This document shows positions 26,780-33,031 of a stretch of DNA of 33,031 nucleotides, piece by piece. The notes below the pieces were generated by a model, which was given only the letters and a program-made list of their open reading frames with translations, searched no databases and was not told where the DNA came from. Position numbers and translations under genes: made by a program. Source of the DNA: Candidatus Hermodarchaeota archaeon (lineage in GTDB: Archaea > Asgardarchaeota > Lokiarchaeia > Sigyniarchaeales > SOKP01); assembly GCA_048885925.1 (NCBI GenBank), contig JBHLLG010000029.1, positions 1-33,031 on the forward strand, in the 5' to 3' direction. The stretch's first letter is position 1; each line of letters begins with the position of its first letter.

Positions 26780-29302
26780 ATGAGTGGAACACATGAAATA
26801 AACTACCCCTCTGAAGAAATTCAAACCCAGTTATTAGGTGAAAAACAAAATACTGAACATCTTATTTTATGGATGCTTAAAAATAATGAAGCAGTAGGAT
26901 GGTCGAATTTTATGGAGGAACCAATTGGTATTCCTCAATCTACGTTATCGAATTATATGGCAACTCTCATAACTAATGGATTTGTAAAGAAACCGAAAAG
27001 GGGAATTTATGAAATAACTGTAGAGGGAGAAAAAAGATTTAATGAATTATCTCGATCACAGGAAACTAAAAGAAAATTAAGTTATCCGCCTGATACTATT
27101 ATTGGAGGGCGTAATTATGATGATATAATTCTTTGGATGGCATATAATAATAATTATCTAAAATGGGCAGATTTCATTGATAGTGATAGTCCAGTATTCA
27201 TTAATCAATCATCATTATCAAAAAATATTAAATTATTAGTAAGTAAAGGTTCAATAAAAAAAGACGACCAGACGAAAGAATATCAAATTACCCAAAAAGG
27301 TAAAACTGAATACTCAAAGATGTTAAAACAATACAATTTAGACAGACAATCTATTTTGGATGAAGAAGCCAAGAGAATCGAGGAGATTACAAAAAAAACA
27401 ATTGCATTTTTTGAAAAATATAAAATAAAAGACGGAGATGTTAAATTTCGATTTTTAAATAACATTTTAAAGTTACCTTTCGCAAATTTGAAAGGTTCTT
27501 TAGATTCAGAGGAAGAATTTAACAAGATATTGTTATTTTTATCAATGAATCATCCAAATCAATTTCCTGATTACATTCCACCTGAGCAATTTTCCAAAAA
27601 ATATTTTATTAATTTATTAGATCTTAAATTTAATATTCGTCAAATTATTGAAAAAGAGGCCTATACGACAAAATTTTTTAGGTTAAAGGCTGGGGAGAAC
27701 ATAGTTTATTATTTTCAAGCAAATGAGAAAATAGAGAAAGTTCTTAGTGCGATAACTGAGGATCATATAACAAAATTTACCTATTTAAATAAATTATATG
27801 TCAATACTCCAAAAGGAGCTCCAAAATTAAGTTTAAATTCTACTGTTAATGCAATTTTAGAGGAGATATGTGATAATTTATTTCATGAGGGATTAAAAGA
27901 ACCATTAAGAGAGTTTTTACCTGAATATATAAAGAATTTAGCTTATAAAATAGAATCTGAAAGAAAGTTATTAGATACATTGGATAAGTTGGAGGGAGTT
28001 GCCTGGAGGGATATTCCTGAAGTATTTCAATCCTATAGTACACAGCAAGATTTAATAGAACAAGCTCAATTCAAATATTACATCGATTATTCAATACTAA
28101 AAGTATTAAGTCTATTTTCTTCTCCTAAAATTGAAAAGAAATTCGAAGAAGCAAAATATTTAATGAAACATAAGGATTTCGATAATGTATTAGAAAAATT
28201 AAATTCTGATATCGAATCAGAACCAAACAACTTAAACTTATTATTCTTAAAAGTAATTTTTTTAATTTTATCAAACAGACATCAAGAAGCAATTCGATTT
28301 CTGAAAGAAGAGCTAAAAAGCTATTCGAATAAAAACGATGAGAAATTTGTAATTCCTTATAATTTTATATTATTATACATCAATTTAGTATTAGCTGAAT
28401 TTAATAAAGCTTTAAAAATCAGTAAAAAATTATCTGATGAGTATCCAGATCATCCGTTATCCTATATTTCAAAAGCTTTAATATTTGGATATAAAATTAT
28501 CTATCAACTTGATTTAGGAAATATAAGAATAGATCAAGTATTGGTTGATATTGATCAAGCCATTTCTTTAGATTCAAATAAAGGTAATAAAGCGAAATAT
28601 TATCACTTTAAGAGTTTTGTTTTACATCAAATAAAGAAATATGATGAAGCGCTTGAAGCGATTGAAACTGCTATTGAGTTAGATCCTAAAGATCTTCATT
28701 TACATTTTATGAAATACAATATTTTATATGATTATGAAAAAATAGATAAAGCTTTAGAACTGGTAGATCAAGCTATAAAAGAGTTTCCTAAATATGAAAT
28801 TAAATTATCCATACATAAAGCATTTCTTTATAAAAAGAATAACAACTTTAAAGAAGGATTAAAAATAATAAATGATTTACTTGAAAAATACCCTCATGAG
28901 GTAGATCTCTTAAATAATAAGTTATACTGGCATTTATATCTTCAAGAAAAAAATGAAGCAATTGAAACAGGAAAACTACTCACTACTTTAGAGCCTGATG
29001 ATGGAAATTTTCATGATTCATATGCTGAAGCTTTAATGGAATTTGGTGAGTACGATGAAGCGATTAAAGAGATACAAAAAGCCTTAGAACTTGAACCATA
29101 TGGTTGGTTTACTTATAATTCATATCTTACGGTAGCAAAATGTTATAAGGAGATCGGGGAATATAATTTCGTACGAGAAGCTTTAGATAAAGGAGAAGGG
29201 GCGATAAACACATGTTTTTGTGGAATAGAAAAAAGAAGAGAATGGAAAGACAAAAAATTAAAACTTTTAAACGAATTAGAAAATTTAGAGAGAACAATTT
29301 AA
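26780..29302 (+). CDS. Tandem winged-helix + TPR repeat protein (paralog B)
   Basis: Collinear with 20719..23715 (ILWML.NN, YPP..I...NYD..ILWM.YNN, LKQY.LDRQSIL, FNKILLFL..NHP.Q, FLPEYIK.LAY). ATG at 26780 with GGTG SD preferred over the TTG at 26756. Confidence 0.85.
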   Translation: MSGTHEINYPSEEIQTQLLGEKQNTEHLILWMLKNNEAVGWSNFMEEPIGIPQSTLSNYMATLITNGFVKKPKRGIYEITVEGEKRFNELSRSQETKRKLSYPPDTIIGGRNYDDIILWMAYNNNYLKWADFIDSDSPVFINQSSLSKNIKLLVSKGSIKKDDQTKEYQITQKGKTEYSKMLKQYNLDRQSILDEEAKRIEEITKKTIAFFEKYKIKDGDVKFRFLNNILKLPFANLKGSLDSEEEFNKILLFLSMNHPNQFPDYIPPEQFSKKYFINLLDLKFNIRQIIEKEAYTTKFFRLKAGENIVYYFQANEKIEKVLSAITEDHITKFTYLNKLYVNTPKGAPKLSLNSTVNAILEEICDNLFHEGLKEPLREFLPEYIKNLAYKIESERKLLDTLDKLEGVAWRDIPEVFQSYSTQQDLIEQAQFKYYIDYSILKVLSLFSSPKIEKKFEEAKYLMKHKDFDNVLEKLNSDIESEPNNLNLLFLKVIFLILSNRHQEAIRFLKEELKSYSNKNDEKFVIPYNFILLYINLVLAEFNKALKISKKLSDEYPDHPLSYISKALIFGYKIIYQLDLGNIRIDQVLVDIDQAISLDSNKGNKAKYYHFKSFVLHQIKKYDEALEAIETAIELDPKDLHLHFMKYNILYDYEKIDKALELVDQAIKEFPKYEIKLSIHKAFLYKKNNNFKEGLKIINDLLEKYPHEVDLLNNKLYWHLYLQEKNEAIETGKLLTTLEPDDGNFHDSYAEALMEFGEYDEAIKEIQKALELEPYGWFTYNSYLTVAKCYKEIGEYNFVREALDKGEGAINTCFCGIEKRREWKDKKLKLLNELENLERTI

Positions 29303-29380
29303 TTAGATTCTTTCTAGTTAATATTTAATTTAACTTTTTTTAAATTTGAGTGTTTAAATTATTGAACTGTTTTAATAATA

Positions 29381-29410
29381 AATTCATAGTTCAATAAAAC
29401 TTCATAGATT
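29381..29410 (+). promoter_or_regulatory. Phased operator array upstream of the ATC-hydrolase-like gene
   Basis: AATTCAT-AGTTCAATAAA-ACTTCAT-AGATT (7/11/7), closely matching 26682-26711. Confidence 0.55.
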
Positions 29411-29484
29411 TAATCTATTTATAGAAATAATAATTTTAAAATATTAAAATTAGAGATTTTTCTAAAAAGATAATGTGATATAAG

Positions 29485-30303
29485 ATGAAAAATGATGACA
29501 AAATAATTATGACCTATAATCGAAACGCAAAGATAACTTATAAAATTCATGATATTATCACTTTATGTTTAACAGCACTAGAATCTTTTTTAAAAAATGT
29601 TTATAATGAAATATCAAATTCAATTTCCGCTATATTTGAATTTTTGAATGAATTATATCGAAAGAATGAAAATTATAATGTTTCAATTGAGTCTGATTAT
29701 GAAATCCTAAATCAACATCCTAAATTATTGAAAGCTTGTATCAATTATATTTTAACTCTGTTAGATTTTAAAATGTATAGTCAAAATGCTCTTAATGACG
29801 AAATTGAAATTGAAGTTATAAACCTTATTCATACTTTCACTCATTTTGAATATTCTTTTGTTAGTTCTTTATTTAAATTAATGACTCAAGAAGAAGCTAT
29901 TAAATATTATAAAAATTTTGTGGATGAATTAACTCAATCAAGAAGAGATCCGAAGAAAGATCTGAATAATTTACATGATCTTGCCAATAATTTTAAAGAT
30001 TTTTCAGAAAGATGGCATGATTTAGAGGCTATTCTTGAAATTATTAATGAAGAAAAGTTGATTTTTAAAGTAAAAAAATGTAGATGGGCTGAAAATTTGA
30101 AAGATTTTGGATCTGAAATTGGTTATGCAATGATGTGTCATCAAGATTTTGAAAGAGCTAAAAACTTTAACCCGAACTTTCTCCTAACTAGAAACCATAC
30201 ATTAATGCAAGGTAATGATTATTGCGATTTCTGTTATCATGACACGCGAAAAAATAAAGATTTATCTCATCCTTCAGAAAAAGAATTTAAGGACTTAGGT
30301 TAA
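29485..30303 (+). CDS. L-2-amino-thiazoline-4-carboxylate hydrolase-like (V4R-related) domain protein
   Basis: C-terminal KKCRWAE...GYAMMCHQD...FNPNFLLTRNHTLMQGNDYCDFCY signature. Confidence 0.8.
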   Translation: MKNDDKIIMTYNRNAKITYKIHDIITLCLTALESFLKNVYNEISNSISAIFEFLNELYRKNENYNVSIESDYEILNQHPKLLKACINYILTLLDFKMYSQNALNDEIEIEVINLIHTFTHFEYSFVSSLFKLMTQEEAIKYYKNFVDELTQSRRDPKKDLNNLHDLANNFKDFSERWHDLEAILEIINEEKLIFKVKKCRWAENLKDFGSEIGYAMMCHQDFERAKNFNPNFLLTRNHTLMQGNDYCDFCYHDTRKNKDLSHPSEKEFKDLG

Positions 30304-30324
30304 TCTTTTTGATATATAATATGG

Positions 30325-30906
30325 ATGGAATATATTATGAAAGAAATTTTATGTTTTTTATATGATGGATTTGTTGATTTTGAGATGGCTCTTACTTGTT
30401 CGCCAATAAATGGAAATGAAAATTATAAATTAACCTATATTGCGTATGACAAAAAACCGATTAGAAGTTCTAGTGGATTAACAATTTTACCAGATAAAAA
30501 AGTTTCTGAGATCACTGACTTAAATCCAATTGAAGGTCTAATAATTCCTGGAGGAATTATAAGAATTCTTAACCCAGAACTTAAACATCTAATTAAAAAA
30601 TTAAATGATGAAAAAAAATTACTTGCAGCCATTTGTGCTGGACCAGAATTTCTAGCAAAAAGTGGTGTATTAAAGGGGAAAAAATACACTACCTCAGAAG
30701 AACCACAAAATTACAAAGAAAAAAATGAAGAGGACCCGTTTCCAAGAGATACGTATATTGATACAAGGATAATTCAAGATGGTAATATCATTACAGCTAA
30801 AGGTCATGCATTCATAGATTTTTCTCTTGAAATTTGGGATTGGTTTGATCTTTTTACTTCTGAAGAAGAAAAAGAAGAAGATAAAAAATTACTTACTCCG
30901 ATTTAA
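30325..30906 (+). CDS. DJ-1/PfpI family protein
   Basis: GFVDFE, LIIPGG, AAICAGP (nucleophilic Cys) and GNIITAKG. Confidence 0.92.
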   Translation: MEYIMKEILCFLYDGFVDFEMALTCSPINGNENYKLTYIAYDKKPIRSSSGLTILPDKKVSEITDLNPIEGLIIPGGIIRILNPELKHLIKKLNDEKKLLAAICAGPEFLAKSGVLKGKKYTTSEEPQNYKEKNEEDPFPRDTYIDTRIIQDGNIITAKGHAFIDFSLEIWDWFDLFTSEEEKEEDKKLLTPI

Positions 30907-30945
30907 ATACCTAAAAAAAAATTTTATAATACTAATAAATTAAGA

Positions 30946-31713
30946 TTATTCTTTTTTATAGCCTACTTTTATCGTCATTGATATCGTTTCATCAAAGACT
31001 TGTCCTTCTACTTCGCATTTAAACGGCATCTCTTCAGAGGTAAATAATTCCGTGAAATAGCCAAACCAATAATTACCATAGCGCTTATTTTGACGATGTC
31101 TAAATAATATATGAAACAAATCCTCTGTTTCCTTTTTGACATCAATTGTATGAAAGTAATTCGCAACGACCCATACTTTTTGAATTGTTTTTATAATATC
31201 TTCAACAGAAAGATTTTTAAGGGGTTTAGCCTCATTATACCATAGAATTAAATCAATAGCTACATTTTTACGCCATGGCTTTTGCAAACTATCTTCTGGG
31301 GATTCTGCTGCATGGATTAATTGATTAAAGGTCGTTTTTCCAATCAACATCATTTTCATCTCGTCTCTTGCACGTACCCAGAGATCTCTATCCAGATTTT
31401 TCTGATCTCCATAATACTTAATTGCTCGTTCTATAAAAGAAATTTCAGTCTCATCTTCTTTCATATATTTTTTAATGAACCCTTGAACTTCAGGTGAGAT
31501 TGAATTAAAATCATCATACAATTTTATAGCATTTCTTACTAAATCTGATATGGTTGTTCCATGTTCTTTATATTTATCTATTAAACTACGTGTTTCATCG
31601 GAAACTTTGATATATACCGGTTTGTCTTTTAGTTCATATTCTTTTAACTCATCTTCCTCGGTCTCATTATTCTTATCATTAGAATTTTCATTGGCTTTTG
31701 CCATTAAAATCAT
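30946..31713 (-). CDS. Ribbon-helix-helix (CopG-like) regulator with a C-terminal alpha/beta putative ligand-binding domain
   Basis: KPVYIKVSDETRSLIDKY...TISDLVRNAIKLY is RHH-like, followed by a partial second copy (EISFIERAIKYY). Confidence 0.55.
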   Translation of the reverse strand: MILMAKANENSNDKNNETEEDELKEYELKDKPVYIKVSDETRSLIDKYKEHGTTISDLVRNAIKLYDDFNSISPEVQGFIKKYMKEDETEISFIERAIKYYGDQKNLDRDLWVRARDEMKMMLIGKTTFNQLIHAAESPEDSLQKPWRKNVAIDLILWYNEAKPLKNLSVEDIIKTIQKVWVVANYFHTIDVKKETEDLFHILFRHRQNKRYGNYWFGYFTELFTSEEMPFKCEVEGQVFDETISMTIKVGYKKE

Positions 31714-31979
31714 CCACTATATTCTTATTTTTTATAATCTATCAAGAATATATATCTTTATATAATTATATATAACCAACAAAATATTTATCTCTTCTGT
31801 TTTTAAAAAATAAATATATATATTCATATATATCTCTCTATAGTTTTTATTTAGGTTTTAAAGCTATATTCTTCGGTTTTGTAATTGATCATAACATTTA
31901 AATATATTGTTATATACATGTATATAGAAAATAAAAAAAAATATAAAATAATATAAAAAAATATAAGAGTTTTAAAAAA

Positions 31980-32444
31980 ATGGCTTGGATACCAATTGTT
32001 GCTGGCTCTAGGAGAAGAAATTCACGTAGATCTAGCGCTGGAAGTGTATGTGTCGCCTTCATTTTTTCTTTAGTAGTACTTGGTGTATTATTTTCATTCT
32101 TTTTTGGATCTTTTGGTACTAATAGATTCGGCTTTACTCCACTTATCTTCTTCAATGGATTTATTATATTTATTGTGATTTTGATTTTTATAAGTACAAT
32201 TTCAATGTCAATAAGTGAAACAAATAAAAAACCAAAAAGAGAGGATTTGAGAACATACCAACCTTTAGAACAATATCAACAAATAAATCCCTATAAAATA
32301 CGTGATCCAATTCAAAAACAATCTGATGAATTAATTAATGAGGAATTACCTAGAGAAATTCCTGTGATTAACTATTGTAAATATTGTGGGGCGAAAATTG
32401 ACAGGGATGCAATATTTTGTCATTTATGTGGTACTAAATTATAA
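31980..32444 (+). CDS. Two-TM membrane protein with a C-terminal zinc ribbon
   Basis: Two hydrophobic segments; YCKYCGAKIDRDAIFCHLCGTKL. Confidence 0.85.
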   Translation: MAWIPIVAGSRRRNSRRSSAGSVCVAFIFSLVVLGVLFSFFFGSFGTNRFGFTPLIFFNGFIIFIVILIFISTISMSISETNKKPKREDLRTYQPLEQYQQINPYKIRDPIQKQSDELINEELPREIPVINYCKYCGAKIDRDAIFCHLCGTKL

Positions 32445-32518
32445 TTTTTAAATTGTTTAAAATTATAGATTTTTATTTATTGGAACTAATAAAAAAGAGG
32501 GTATAGTTTAGAATTACA

Positions 32519-33031
32519 ATGCAAAAAAGAATTTTCAGTAAAAGTTATGCAATTCAGTGGAAGAAAAAAGATAGCATGGCGATCTTTTTAATTTTTTTTG
32601 GTGGTTTAATATTAGCATTTATAAGTTCAACTTATAAAGAATTTTATAATATCTTTTTTAGTATGTGTGTTGGATTGTTTTTTGGTGGGATAATATTATC
32701 AATAATTTCAACATTTCTTGCTCAAATGGAATCTGGAATTACCGGAACTGGTGAATTAGACGCTGATGTTGATGTGGATGTAGACACTGATGTCGATATG
32801 GATATTGATGCTGATGTTGATGTAGATGTTGATGTTGATATAGATGCTGATGTTGATGTAGATACTGATGTTGATGTAGATGTTGATGTTGATATAGATG
32901 CTGATGTTGATGTAGATGCTGATGTTGATGTAGATGCTGATGTTGATGTAGATACTGATGTTGATGTAGATACTGATGTTGATTTTGACGCTGAAACAGA
33001 GATAGATACTGGAATTGCTACTACAATTACT
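32519..33031 (+). CDS. Membrane protein with a long (Asp-X)n tract, probably NfeD/YuaF/YqiJ-like; 3'-truncated and absent from the ORF track
   Basis: Open frame from ATG 32519 to the window end (171 codons): MQKRIFSKSYAIQWKKKDSMAIFLIFFGG..., two TM segments, then DADVDVDVDTD... Confidence 0.75.
   Translation, partial: MQKRIFSKSYAIQWKKKDSMAIFLIFFGGLILAFISSTYKEFYNIFFSMCVGLFFGGIILSIISTFLAQMESGITGTGELDADVDVDVDTDVDMDIDADVDVDVDVDIDADVDVDTDVDVDVDVDIDADVDVDADVDVDADVDVDTDVDVDTDVDFDAETEIDTGIATTIT
32759..33010 (+). repeat. Coding hexamer tandem repeat (GAY-NNN), 42 acidic-X units
   Basis: GATGTT/GATGTA/GATGCT/GATACT units in strict 6-bp phase. Confidence 0.95.

Noticed and set aside
19417-29302. Interpretation of the duplicated module as a mobile element or an NLR/Avs-type defence system
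   Set aside because: No integrase, transposase or att sites. The TPR proteins lack a Walker A/STAND NTPase or any recognisable nuclease effector.
15740-32155. ORFs 15740..16132, 18591..18785, 21695..21955, 24779..25057, 27283..27525, 27846..28043, 30435..30689, 31550..31765 and 31910..32155
   Set aside because: Each overlaps a better-supported gene on the opposite strand.

Overview
Very AT-rich archaeal chromosomal DNA, most likely an Asgard archaeon of the Lokiarchaeia type. This is inferred from a roadblock/LC7 protein, two paralogous longin/uDENN-like proteins, a large membrane-anchored beta-rich surface protein and GGTG-type Shine-Dalgarno sites. No rRNA, tRNA, CRISPR array or transposase was seen. 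The left half (1-18.8 kb) holds housekeeping and stress genes plus eukaryotic-signature-like genes. The right half (18.9-30.9 kb) holds an apparently duplicated regulatory module: a large tandem winged-helix + TPR protein transcribed divergently from small genes, each set ending in an unannotated 49-aa CxxC-x14-CxxC zinc-ribbon microprotein. The two zinc-ribbon copies are 33/49 identical and one appears to start at ATA. A phased A(G/C)TTC motif with alternating 7/11-bp spacing lies upstream of both wHTH-TPR genes, the MFS exporter and the ATC-hydrolase-like/DJ-1 pair. The region also contains a 27-aa candidate peptide, a radical-SAM-fold protein lacking its cysteine motif and a duplicated hairpin element. 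All family calls come from reading motifs by eye; no database search was run.
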